A program made the position numbers and the translations under genes. A DNA stretch of 64,000 nt, taken from an uncultured Acidobacteriota bacterium (GTDB lineage: Bacteria > Acidobacteriota > Vicinamibacteria > Fen-336). The notes below the pieces were generated by a model that saw only the letters and a list, made by a program, of their open reading frames with translations, made no database searches and was not told where the DNA came from. The stretch covers positions 29,361 through 93,360 of the forward strand of contig CAVUFF010000010.1 of the NCBI GenBank assembly GCA_963740655.1. Direction: 5' to 3'. Shown here piece by piece: positions 1 to 8,232 of the stretch; within the stretch, counting starts at the first letter, position 1; each line of letters starts with the position of its first letter.

Positions 1-1323
1 GAGCCGCAGCAGCTCTTCGCGGCGGGGCGTGTTGCTCGGGGACTGGCTCGTGTAGTTGATGCCGCTCGACCCCGTGGTGTTCGGCATCGGGTAGATGCCG
101 AGGGCGTTGAGACCCGGCTGGTACAAGCGGTCGGGAGGGATTCGGCCCAGGACACCCTGGTACCGGAAGCAGCCGCTGGTATTCGACGGCCCGCACGGGA
201 GGCCGGTCGTGTAGTCCAGGATGTAGGGCCACGGGTTGCCGTTGTTGTCGACGCTCTCCGAGAAGTCTCCGGCGCGCTCGAGCAACGTGGGCACGCGGCT
301 CAGCCGTTCGGCGACCGGATCCTTCCTGCGCTGGAATTCCTGGCTCCAGAAGAAGAAGAGCCTCTTCTTGTCCTCGTTGAAGACGCCCGGGATGAAGATC
401 GGGCCGCCGATCGTGTAGCCGAAATCGTTCCTCGAAGCGTCCGGCGGCTCGATCAGGCTCCCGTTCCCGACCGGCGGCGGCGCGGCCGCTCGCTTGTTGG
501 TCCAGCTGTTGGCGTTCCAGTCGGAGCGCCGGCCGTACCAGTAGCCGGAGCCGTGAAAGGACTGGGTGCCGCTCTTGGTCACGATCTGGACCTGCCCACC
601 GACTGCCCGGCCGTACTCCGCCTGGTAGGAGCCCGTCAGGATCTTGAGCTCCGCCACCGCGTCGATGTTGGTCGTGGCCATGTTCCCGCCGTTGTCGCCG
701 GTGTCGATGTTGGCGACGCCGTCGATCGTCACGTTGTTGGAGTTCGGCCGCTGCCCGTTCACCGTGAAGCCCGCAGCGTTTTCCGGCGGTGTGCCACTCG
801 GTCCCTGCTGAAGGATGCCCGGCACGAGGGTCGCGAAGCCGAAGGGGGAGCGGCCGTTGTTGGCGATATTTTGAATGGTCTGGCTCTCGAGCGTGAACGA
901 GCGCTCGCCGCTCGTCGCCTGTAGCTCACTCACGCGGCTTCTGACCATCACGCTCTCCGCCATCCCGCCCACCTCGAGCGTGAGCACCCCCGTGAAGAAC
1001 CGGTCGTTCGGGCCGACCACGACGTTCGTTCGCTCCACGGTCCTGAAGCCCTGCTTGGCGACGCTCAGCGCGTAGCTGTCGGGCCGGACGATCGGCAGTA
1101 CGAAACGTCCCGAGTCGTCAGTCGTGGTGAGGATCGAATGACCCTGCGTGCGGCTCGTGAGCGTCACCTGTGCGCCGACCACGGCCGCTCCCAGGGAGTC
1201 CTTCACCGAGCCCGACACGGTTGCGCTGGTCGTCTGCGCGCCAAGCGCCGCGGCGCTTGCGAGGAGCCCACACGCCAAGAGAGCGGTCTCCCATGGCCGT
1301 CGGACCCTCCGGATGAAGGGCAA
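1..1323 (-). CDS. TonB-dependent receptor, N-terminal part (carboxypeptidase-regulatory-like domain + plug); 3' end lies outside the window
   Basis: Not in the ORF track (TTG start, runs off the window). Minus-strand translation from TTG at 1323, with AGGAG 7 nt upstream, gives MPFIRRVRRPWETALLACGLLASAAALGAQTT (signal peptide). It continues with 'TTDDSGRFVLPIVRPDSYALSVAKQGF' and 'FTVNGQRPNSNNVTIDGV...AELKILTGSYQAEYGRAVGGQVQIVTKSG', typical of Acidobacteria-type TonB receptors. Confidence 0.8.
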   Translation of the reverse strand, partial: MPFIRRVRRPWETALLACGLLASAAALGAQTTSATVSGSVKDSLGAAVVGAQVTLTSRTQGHSILTTTDDSGRFVLPIVRPDSYALSVAKQGFRTVERTNVVVGPNDRFFTGVLTLEVGGMAESVMVRSRVSELQATSGERSFTLESQTIQNIANNGRSPFGFATLVPGILQQGPSGTPPENAAGFTVNGQRPNSNNVTIDGVANIDTGDNGGNMATTNIDAVAELKILTGSYQAEYGRAVGGQVQIVTKSGTQSFHGSGYWYGRRSDWNANSWTNKRAAAPPPVGNGSLIEPPDASRNDFGYTIGGPIFIPGVFNEDKKRLFFFWSQEFQRRKDPVAERLSRVPTLLERAGDFSESVDNNGNPWPYILDYTTGLPCGPSNTSGCFRYQGVLGRIPPDRLYQPGLNALGIYPMPNTTGSSGINYTSQSPSNTPRREELLRL

Positions 1324-1401
1324 TGGACCGCTCCTTGTGGGGGCGATGCTGCGTTCGTCCCGATCAGAGTGCTGCTATGGAAGCCGGCTTCGATAGCTGT
1401 G

Positions 1402-2139
1402 TCAAGGTCGAGGCTCGGTCGCGGTCGGGGCGGCCTCTCGCAGAACTCGGAAGACCAGCAGCGTCTGGCCGAGCCGGAACTCGTCGCCGTCCGCGAGCTC
1501 GGCCGAGGGCGACAGGCGCACGTCGCGCAGGTAGGTGCCGTTCTTGCTCTCCAAGTCCTCGAGCACGAAGTGTTCGCCCTGCGCGAGGATGCGCGCGTGA
1601 CGGCGTGAGACGCCGGGCGCCTCGATCCTGACCGCGACGTCCGGATCGCGGCCGAGCACGTTCTCGCCGTCCACGAGCACGATCGTGCGGCGGTTCCACG
1701 TGAGCTGGGCCGCGATCGAGATCGGCCCGCGCCGCGCCTTCTCCTCGGTCGCCTCGGCCTCGAACGCGTAGCCGAAGCCGTGGACGGTCCGGACGGCCTG
1801 GGCGCCTTCGCGGCCGAGCGCGCGTCGCACCTGCGCGGCGAGCGAGCTCAGCGTCGACTCCGAGACGAATGTGTCCGGCCAGAGCCGGTCGCGGATCTCC
1901 TGCTTCGAGACGGCCGCGGGCCGGCGAGAGATCAGCAGGTCCAGGAGCTCGAATGCCTGGGGCTTGAGCCGCTGCGGCGAGTCGTCGCGGCGGAGCTGGC
2001 GCGCTTCGCGGTCGAAGACGAAGGCTCCGAAGCGGACGCGCGTCGCGGTCGAACCCAAGGCTGGCTCCGAGAGTGGTGGCGATGTTAGCCCCCGTCGTCG
2101 GCGACGGGCAACCGCGCACGACGCGACGGTCGGGCACAA
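1402..2139 (-). CDS. Transcriptional regulator: OmpR/PhoB-type winged-helix DNA-binding domain fused to a C-terminal FHA domain (no receiver domain)
   Basis: 245-aa ORF. 'VRFGAFVFDREARQLRRDD..LKPQAFELLDLLISRRPAAVSKQEIRDRLWPD..VRTVHGFGYAF' is a trans_reg_C fold. 'VLVDGENVLGRDPDVAVRIEAPGVSRRHARILAQGEHFVLEDLESKNGTYLRD' is an FHA domain. An alternative TTG start at 2058 is preceded by GGAG. Confidence 0.8.
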   Translation of the reverse strand: MCPTVASCAVARRRRRGLTSPPLSEPALGSTATRVRFGAFVFDREARQLRRDDSPQRLKPQAFELLDLLISRRPAAVSKQEIRDRLWPDTFVSESTLSSLAAQVRRALGREGAQAVRTVHGFGYAFEAEATEEKARRGPISIAAQLTWNRRTIVLVDGENVLGRDPDVAVRIEAPGVSRRHARILAQGEHFVLEDLESKNGTYLRDVRLSPSAELADGDEFRLGQTLLVFRVLREAAPTATEPRP

Positions 2140-2245
2140 ACCGGACTTCGGCAGGAATACGGCGGGGATTCGCGGCCCCTCCGCTCCTAACTTCGAGGGC
2201 GTTTAGGGTCGCGCCTGGCCAGGCCGCTCCCGAAAGGAGTGGCCG

Positions 2246-2824
2246 ATGTCCCCGAAGTCGCTTGCCGCTCGGAGTGTCTCCAGCGCGTTCCTGGCCGTGA
2301 CGCTCCTGACGCTCGATGCCGCCGTCTCGCGCGAGGGCCTCGTCGCCGGAGAAGGAGTCAACGACAGCGGCACCGCCCGTCTGACCCTGGCTGCTCACCG
2401 ATACGCGTTAGCGCGCGCGATCCGCGGCGCGGCCGCCCAGCTCGGCGACGAACGCTGCCAGGCTCTGCTCGACGAGTTCGCCGACAGCTCAGGCCAGCCC
2501 TTGCGCTCGGTCCTCGCGACACATGGTCTCGCCGTTTCGGAGTACCTCACCCAGGTCTTTTTCTACGATGCCCCCGAATCCGCCTGTCGAGCGGCAAACC
2601 TCGCCGTCACGAAGCCCGGAAGCCGCGCGATTTTCGTGTGTGGCGCTCGCTTCCAGCGCGAGATGTCGCGCAACTCCAGGAACGCCGAGGCGATCGTGAT
2701 CCACGAGCTGCTCCACTCCATCGGCCTGGGCGAAAACCCTCCCTCGAGCGACTACATCACGGAGCGCGTTCGCGCGCGGTGCGGGCAGGCCAGAGACTCG
2801 CGAACGGCCAAGGCCGAGAAGTGA
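2246..2824 (+). CDS. Secreted hypothetical protein with an HExxH motif (possible zinc metallopeptidase)
   Basis: 192-aa ORF with signal-like N-terminus MSPKSLAARSVSSAFLAVTLLTL. Single 'VIHELLHSIGLGE' HExxH motif. No family recognised. Confidence 0.5.
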   Translation: MSPKSLAARSVSSAFLAVTLLTLDAAVSREGLVAGEGVNDSGTARLTLAAHRYALARAIRGAAAQLGDERCQALLDEFADSSGQPLRSVLATHGLAVSEYLTQVFFYDAPESACRAANLAVTKPGSRAIFVCGARFQREMSRNSRNAEAIVIHELLHSIGLGENPPSSDYITERVRARCGQARDSRTAKAEK

Positions 2825-2847
2825 GGGCTTGCGCCGGTGAGACTGCC

Positions 2848-3219
2848 TCAGCCGGCCCGCAGCGCCAGCGGGATGATTCGCGACGCGCGCAGCTTCGGGT
2901 CGCGGGTGACGAGAGGCAGGTTGTGGACAACGCTCGTGGCTGCAATCAGCTCGTCGGCCGGATCGCTCCGCACGTCGAGGCGCGTGCTCGTCCGCGCGAT
3001 CTCGGCCGTGATCGGCCAGACCTCGACCGCGGCCAGCGTCCGCACCACTTCCGGGTCGTCCAGGTCGAGCTCAATGCGTCCGAGCTGCGCGAGCTTGGCG
3101 ATCTCCCACAGCACGATGGCCGAGACGCTCCAGCGGTCTTCCGCGAGAAGCTCGCGCTCGCGTTTCGTCAGGCTTCCCGCGACGGCGTGCAGCAGGATGT
3201 GCGTGTCAAGATTGAGCAT
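2848..3219 (-). CDS. vapC: Type II toxin, PIN-domain VapC family
   Basis: 123 aa. It starts 'MLNLDTHILLH' and ends '..LIAATSVVHNLPLVTRDPKL', the PIN acidic-residue pattern. It overlaps the upstream small antitoxin gene by 14 nt. Confidence 0.85.
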   Translation of the reverse strand: MLNLDTHILLHAVAGSLTKRERELLAEDRWSVSAIVLWEIAKLAQLGRIELDLDDPEVVRTLAAVEVWPITAEIARTSTRLDVRSDPADELIAATSVVHNLPLVTRDPKLRASRIIPLALRAG

Positions 3220-3424
3220 CCCAACGGACTCCGGTCGACAGGATGTTGCCCTTGATCTTGAGCCTGCCCCTGAGCGAGCCGATCAGGCCGGCCGACGCCG
3301 TCCGAATCGGGATCAGCTTGGCGACGGGCTTGCCCCGCTTGGTGATGACGATGCCGTCGGCGTCCACCCGATCGAGAATCGACAAGCACCGCTCCTTGAA
3401 CTTCGCAGCCGCGATCTGTCGCAC
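3206..3424 (-). CDS. Type II antitoxin, Phd/YefM-like
   Basis: 72 aa, GTG start with AAGGA 7 nt upstream. 'IAAAKFKERCLSILDRVDADGIVITKRGKPVAKLIP' is the typical Phd/YefM N-terminus. Translationally coupled to vapC. Confidence 0.75.
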   Translation of the reverse strand: MRQIAAAKFKERCLSILDRVDADGIVITKRGKPVAKLIPIRTASAGLIGSLRGRLKIKGNILSTGVRWDAQS

Positions 3425-3440
3425 AGGTACATCCTTGCAT

Positions 3441-3475
3441 AGGTCACTTGAAATGTCCAGGTCACTTCAAGTGTC
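3441..3475 (-). promoter_or_regulatory. Candidate TA operator: two tandem 17-nt repeats containing an inverted repeat
   Basis: AGGTCACTTGAAATGTC (3441-3457) and AGGTCACTTCAAGTGTC (3459-3475) lie just upstream of the antitoxin start. CACTTGAA and TTCAAGTG form an inverted pair. The region is locally AT-richer than its surroundings. Confidence 0.35.
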
Positions 3476-5658
3476 TACTTAGTCCCGGTCAAGTCGAGCA
3501 CGTGCAGCGTGTCGCTCGCGAGCCCCTGCCAGCGATAACGGGCTCGGCCCAGGGTGACCTCGACGTCCACCGGGCCGGCGTGGTCGCCGAGACCGAACAG
3601 CGGTCGCAGGTCGCTCTGCGACAGGTAGCTGCCGCCCGAGCGCACCTCGCGCAGCTGGCGGCGCCCGCCCGCCTCGATCGCGACGCGCGCGCCGATCGCG
3701 AAGCGGTTTGCCGCGGGCGACTGCAGGCGGAACCCGATCCAGTGGTGGCCGGTCCGCTGGCGGTTCTCGAGCACGGTCGGGGTGTCGTCGACGTTCGAGA
3801 TCACGATGTCGGGGTCGCCGTCGTTGTCGAGGTCGCCCACCGCGAGCCCGCGGCTCACCTTCTGGACCTGGAGCCCGCCGCCCGCGCTGTCCGAGACGTC
3901 GCGGAAGCTGCGGCCCTGGTTGAGCAGCACCTGGTTCTTCTGCCTGTAGGACTCCTTGAGCTCGGGGTAGCCGTCGACGTCCGAGAAGATGTGGCCGTTC
4001 GCGAGGAAGAGGTCCGGCCGCCCGTCGAGGTCGGCGTCGAGGAACGCGACGCCCCAGCCCATGCGCTCGAAGGTGCGCGCGGCGAGGCCGGCGGCGGCGC
4101 TCGCGTCCTCGAACTGCGAGCCGTCCAGGTTGCGGTAGAGCGTCTTCGTGTCGTGGGCGAAGGTGGTGAGCACGAGGTCGAGCCAGCCGTCGCCGTCGTA
4201 GTCGCCCGAGTCGACGCCCATCCCCGCCTGCGCGCGGCCCTCGGCGTTCACGGCGACGCCGCTCAGCAGGCCCACGCTCTCGAAACGGCCCCCGCCCAGG
4301 TTGTGGTAGAGGAAGTTCGGGTTCGAGTCGTTCGCGACGAACAGGTCGACCTTCCCGTCGCCGTCGTAGTCGGTCGCGAGCACTCCCAGCCCGTAGGTCT
4401 TCGCCGGGTCGGCGAGCCCGGCGGCGGCGGACGCCTCCGTGAACGTGCCGTCGCCGCCATTGCGGAAGAAGAGGTCTTCCTCGCCGGGCAGGCCGGCCGG
4501 GCCCACCATGATGTGGGGGCCGTCGCGCCACACGAGCGTGCGCCTCGCGTTCAAGACCTCGTCCCAGCTGGCCTTCACGTAGCGCGCGACGTAGAGGTCG
4601 AGGTCGCCGTCGCCGTCGGCGTCGAGGAAGGCGCAGCCCGTGCTCCAGCCGCAGGCCGCGACGCCGGCCTGCGCCGCGACGTCCTTGAAGGTGCCGTCGC
4701 CCTGGTTGCGCAGCAGGACGTTCTGGCCCCAGTTGGTGACGTAGAGGTCGAGCGCGCCGTCGCCGTCGTAGTCCCCGGCGCAGACTCCGTTGCCCCACGC
4801 GGCCACGTCGACCCCCGCCTTCGCCGAGACGTCCTCGAACTTGAAGCCGCCGAGGTTCCGATAGAGGACGTTCGTGTGCGGCACGCGCTCGCGCCCCGGC
4901 GTGAGCTCCGCGGCCGTGACGAGATAGATGTCGAGAAGGCCGTCGCCGTCGTAGTCGAAGAGCGCGAGCCCGCCGCTCGCCGACTCGAGGATGTGGTCCT
5001 TGGTCGGCCCGCCGCACCATGTCCTTGCGGTGAGGCCCGCGACCTCCTCGAAGCGCGCGGGCGAGGGGCCCGCGGTCGCGTCCTCCCCGGCCGGCATCTG
5101 TGCGGGAGCCGGTCCCATCGCCGAGGCGTGGCCGCCGTAGGCCGGCTCCTTCACCTTCGTCTGGCTGTAGCTGCCCTGAAGGGAGAGGCCGAGCGCGATT
5201 CCGCCCTCGAGCTGGATCCGCGCGCGCTCGAGGAGCGCGAGGTAGGGCGCCGCGTCGAAGCGCGACTCGCCCGCGGCCGCAGCGGCCCGCAGCGCCTGTG
5301 CGGCCCGGCGCAGCTCGGCGCGCAGCCCGGCGCTCGCGAGGGTCGGCGGCTTCCCCGCCGCCGGCTCGCCGCCGAGAGCGTCGAATCTCCGGGCCGCCTG
5401 CTCGAGTACGGCCTGGCCCGCGTCCCGGCCGGCCCCCGGCGCGGCCGCCTGCCGCAGCAGATCCACGGCCTCGCCCCGGAGCGTGAGCAGGCGCGTACGC
5501 TCCGTGCCGTCAGGCGTTTGCGGGCCCGGGGTGTCGGTCCGCGCGCCGTTGCCGACGAAGAGCACGAGCCCGGCGAGAACCAGCAGCAGCTTTGGAAAAG
5601 GCCGACGCGGTCGCGAGGGGAGGATCTTCGGGAGCACCAAGGAACCGGTTTGCCTCAT
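3475..5658 (-). CDS. CRTAC1/ASPIC-UnbV family protein with FG-GAP/VCBS repeats (secreted)
   Basis: Repeated 'FxDYDGDGxLDLxV' units (FDYDGDGLLDIYLV, AGDYDGDGALDLYVT, LDADGDGDLDLYVA, TDYDGDGKVDLFVAN, SGDYDGDGWLDLVL, GDLDNDGDPDIVI). C-terminal UnbV_ASPIC-like 'GARVAIEAGGRRQLREVRSGGSYLSQSD'. I start at M14 (MRQTGSLVLPK.., TM/signal); the ORF-track start at 5697 is also possible. Confidence 0.85.
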   Translation of the reverse strand: MRQTGSLVLPKILPSRPRRPFPKLLLVLAGLVLFVGNGARTDTPGPQTPDGTERTRLLTLRGEAVDLLRQAAAPGAGRDAGQAVLEQAARRFDALGGEPAAGKPPTLASAGLRAELRRAAQALRAAAAAGESRFDAAPYLALLERARIQLEGGIALGLSLQGSYSQTKVKEPAYGGHASAMGPAPAQMPAGEDATAGPSPARFEEVAGLTARTWCGGPTKDHILESASGGLALFDYDGDGLLDIYLVTAAELTPGRERVPHTNVLYRNLGGFKFEDVSAKAGVDVAAWGNGVCAGDYDGDGALDLYVTNWGQNVLLRNQGDGTFKDVAAQAGVAACGWSTGCAFLDADGDGDLDLYVARYVKASWDEVLNARRTLVWRDGPHIMVGPAGLPGEEDLFFRNGGDGTFTEASAAAGLADPAKTYGLGVLATDYDGDGKVDLFVANDSNPNFLYHNLGGGRFESVGLLSGVAVNAEGRAQAGMGVDSGDYDGDGWLDLVLTTFAHDTKTLYRNLDGSQFEDASAAAGLAARTFERMGWGVAFLDADLDGRPDLFLANGHIFSDVDGYPELKESYRQKNQVLLNQGRSFRDVSDSAGGGLQVQKVSRGLAVGDLDNDGDPDIVISNVDDTPTVLENRQRTGHHWIGFRLQSPAANRFAIGARVAIEAGGRRQLREVRSGGSYLSQSDLRPLFGLGDHAGPVDVEVTLGRARYRWQGLASDTLHVLDLTGTK

Positions 5659-5708
5659 TCTGGACCATAATCGCCCCTCGACCTCGACTTCAGGCAAAGG
5701 GGGCAGGA

Positions 5709-6923
5709 ATGCGTCGTATCAGCCCCACTACATTCCGCATCGCCCGTCGCGGAACGTCGCGCGAGATCAACCGCCAGATCGCGCTGAACCTCGTCCGCTC
5801 GACGCAGCCGATCTCGCGCGCGGACCTCGCGCGGCTCATGGGCGTGAGGCGCGGGGCGGTGAGCCGCCTGGTCGAGGACCTGATCCGCGCCAAGCAGGTG
5901 TTCGAGGGCGCCAAAGGCGAGAGCAAGCGCGGGCGCAAGCCGCGCCACCTCTACATCGAGACGCGCAGCCACTGCGCGATCGCGGTCGACGTGAGCGCGA
6001 GCCGCCTGCTGGTGCTGGTGACCGACCCGCTCGGCCACCCGCTGCTCGACATCCAGGAGTTCCCGATGCGCTCGCGGCCGCAGGACTTCGTGAAGGACCT
6101 CGCGCGCACGCTGCTGCGGCTGCTCGCCGGGCACCCCGAGTTCGGGCAGTGCGTCGGCGTGGGCGTCGTGGTGGCCGGCCTCGTCGACATCGCGGACGGG
6201 CGCCTGCGCAACGCGCCGACGCTCGGCTGGCAGGACATCGAGATCCGCGGCCCGCTGCAGTCCGCGCTGGAGCTGCCGGTCGCGGTCGAGAACGACGTGA
6301 AGGCCTGCGTGCTGGCGCAGCTCTGGGCCGTGCGCGGCCACGCGCCCGTCGACGGGCCCGTCGCGTTCGTCAACGCGTCGGACGGCGTCGGCGTCGGCAT
6401 CGCGATCGACGGCCAGCTGCTGCGCGGTGCGCACAACAACGCGGGCGAGCTCGGCCACGTCGCGCTCAGCATGGACGGGCCGCTCTGCGCCTGCGGGCAG
6501 CGGGGCTGCTGGGAGGCGTACGTCTCGGTGCGCGCGATCATCGCCCGCTACCGCGGCAGCGATCCCGGCTGGCCCGGCTCCGCCGTGCCGAGCGACGTCA
6601 CGGTGGCCAAGATCATCGCGCGCGCGCAGGCCGCCGAGCCCCAGGCGCTCGCGACGCTGCGCGACACCGGCTACTACCTCGGGCGCGGCTTCGCCACGAT
6701 CGTGAAGGCGATCGAGCCGCGGCGCATCTACGTGAGCGGCGAGATCACCGAGGCCTGGGACCTGGTGCTGCCGGCGGTGCGGCAGGCGATGCGCGAGCTC
6801 GCGCTCATCCGCGAGGCGGCCGACACCGAGATCCTGGTCGTGCCGCTCGGTGAGCAGCCGCGGCTGCGCGGCGCCGCCGCCCTCGTGACGAGCCCGGCCT
6901 TCGCGGCGCCGGTCGTCGCGTAG
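5709..6923 (+). CDS. ROK family transcriptional regulator
   Basis: N-terminal wHTH 'NRQIALNLVRSTQPISRADLARLMGVRRGAVSRLVEDL'. ROK sugar-kinase fold with 'GAHNNAGELGHV' and the Zn motif 'CACGQRGCWEAY'. ATG 5709 is preceded by AAGGGGG. The upstream part of the 5592 ORF overlaps the divergent gene. Confidence 0.85.
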   Translation: MRRISPTTFRIARRGTSREINRQIALNLVRSTQPISRADLARLMGVRRGAVSRLVEDLIRAKQVFEGAKGESKRGRKPRHLYIETRSHCAIAVDVSASRLLVLVTDPLGHPLLDIQEFPMRSRPQDFVKDLARTLLRLLAGHPEFGQCVGVGVVVAGLVDIADGRLRNAPTLGWQDIEIRGPLQSALELPVAVENDVKACVLAQLWAVRGHAPVDGPVAFVNASDGVGVGIAIDGQLLRGAHNNAGELGHVALSMDGPLCACGQRGCWEAYVSVRAIIARYRGSDPGWPGSAVPSDVTVAKIIARAQAAEPQALATLRDTGYYLGRGFATIVKAIEPRRIYVSGEITEAWDLVLPAVRQAMRELALIREAADTEILVVPLGEQPRLRGAAALVTSPAFAAPVVA

Positions 6924-6929
6924 GCGCGC

Positions 6930-6963
6930 GCCGAGGCCGCCACGGGTAGCGGCGAGCCTCGGC
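6930..6963. terminator. GC-rich hairpin between convergent genes (possible bidirectional terminator)
   Basis: GCCGAGGCCGCC (6930-6941) pairs with GGCG(A)GCCTCGGC (6951-6963), with a 9-nt loop and one bulge. There is no clear U-tract. Confidence 0.3.
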
Positions 6964-6969
6964 CCTTCG

Positions 6970-8106
6970 CTATACCTTGAGCGTGCGTCCGGTCTTCGCG
7001 GCCTCGTAGATCGCCGTGATCAGCTTCATGTCGCGCAGCCCCTCCACGCCCGGCGTGAGCGGCTCCTTGCCGTCCATCACGCACTCGGAGAGGTGGTCCA
7101 TCTCGGCCGCGAAGTGGTCGCGCACGGGCAGGCTGCGCTCCTCGATCGCGTTGCCGCGCCGCACGCGCATCCGCAGCCCCGTGTAGCTCGTGGCGGGCTC
7201 GAGCTCGAACCAGCCCTTGGTCGTGATCACGCGGTAGCGGTTCTGGCCCGAGTAGCCGTAGCTCGAGGTGCAGTTGGCGAGCACGCCGCTCGGGAAGCGC
7301 AGCTCGAAGTTGGTCGCCTCCTCGACCTCCTTGAAGCGCTCGTCGCCCGGCGTCGTGTAGCTCATCGCGGCGACCTCGCTCGGCTCCTCGCCCGTGACGT
7401 AGCGCGCCGCCTGCAGGCTGTAGATGCCGATGTCCATCATCGAGCCGCCGCCGGCCATGTCCTTCTTCAGCCGCCACTGCGTCGGGTCGCCGATGCTGAA
7501 GCCGTGGTCGGCCACGATCACCTTCACGGGCCCGAGCTCCTGCTCGCGCGCCATGCGGATCATCTCCTGGTTGTAGGGCTCGTAGCGGCAGCGGTAGGCC
7601 ACCATCAGCTTGCGCCCGGCCTGCTTCGCGGCGTCGATCATCGACTGACAGTCGGCCGGTATCGTGGCCATCGGCTTCTCGCACAGCACGTGCTTGCCCG
7701 CCTTGAGCGCGCGGATCGTGTACTCGGCGTGCATGCTGTTCGGCAGCACGACGTAGACGACGTCGATCTCGGGGTTGTTCTTGATCGCGTCGTATCCCTG
7801 ATAGTCGTAGATCGCCTTCTCGGCGACGCCGTAGCGCAGCGCGAGCTTGCGCGCCTTGTCGGGATGGCCGCTCACGAACGCGACCACGCGCGACTTCTCG
7901 CTCCTGGCGAACGCCGGCAGGATCTGGTTGATCGAGAGGTTGCCGAGGCCGACGATCGCCCAGCCCAGCTTGCGGCCGGGCGGCTCGGGCACCTGCTGCG
8001 CCGCGGCCCGCGTCGCGAGGGCGCCGAGCGCCTGCGCGGCGGCGAGGCTGCCGCCGGCCTTGCGGAGAAAGGATCGCCGGCTGAGGTCGTCCTTGGGACG
8101 CGGCAT
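6970..8106 (-). CDS. Gfo/Idh/MocA family oxidoreductase, TAT-exported (glucose-fructose oxidoreductase-like)
   Basis: 378 aa. Twin-arginine signal 'SRRSFLRKAGGSLAAAQALGALATRAAA'. Rossmann 'LGWAIVGLGNLSINQILPAF' and 'EKPMA' motif. Confidence 0.9.
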   Translation of the reverse strand: MPRPKDDLSRRSFLRKAGGSLAAAQALGALATRAAAQQVPEPPGRKLGWAIVGLGNLSINQILPAFARSEKSRVVAFVSGHPDKARKLALRYGVAEKAIYDYQGYDAIKNNPEIDVVYVVLPNSMHAEYTIRALKAGKHVLCEKPMATIPADCQSMIDAAKQAGRKLMVAYRCRYEPYNQEMIRMAREQELGPVKVIVADHGFSIGDPTQWRLKKDMAGGGSMMDIGIYSLQAARYVTGEEPSEVAAMSYTTPGDERFKEVEEATNFELRFPSGVLANCTSSYGYSGQNRYRVITTKGWFELEPATSYTGLRMRVRRGNAIEERSLPVRDHFAAEMDHLSECVMDGKEPLTPGVEGLRDMKLITAIYEAAKTGRTLKV

Positions 8107-8115
8107 GCGCTCCTC

Positions 8116-8161
8116 CTCGTGGAATGCCTGCTCGTGGAAGGCCCTGCTCGTGGAATGCTTC
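8116..8161. repeat. Three tandem copies of CTCGTGGAA(T/G)GC..., period 15-16 nt, in a divergent promoter/5'UTR
   Basis: CTCGTGGAATGCCTG (8116-8130), CTCGTGGAAGGCCCTG (8131-8146), CTCGTGGAATGCTTC (8147-8161). They sit between the Gfo/Idh/MocA start (8106) and the ADH start (8233). Confidence 0.4.
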
Positions 8162-8232
8162 GCCTCGCGCAGTATAGCCTCCGGCTCGCGGCGCGCCCGA
8201 GCGGCGGGTCTTCGCTAGAATCGCCGGCGACC

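Noticed and set aside
3448-5670. 740-aa plus-strand ORF mirroring the CRTAC1 gene. Similar giant antisense or off-frame ORFs: 22208..24544(-), 22216..24873(+), 15627..17195(-), 11230..13332(-), 33339..37847(+, 1502 aa), 45965..47830(+), 8215..10020(-).
   Set aside because: Their translations are Arg/Ala/Gly/Pro/Asp low-complexity text with no motifs. They exist only because stop codons are rare in a very GC-rich sequence. In each case the opposite strand or another frame encodes a protein with clear family signatures.
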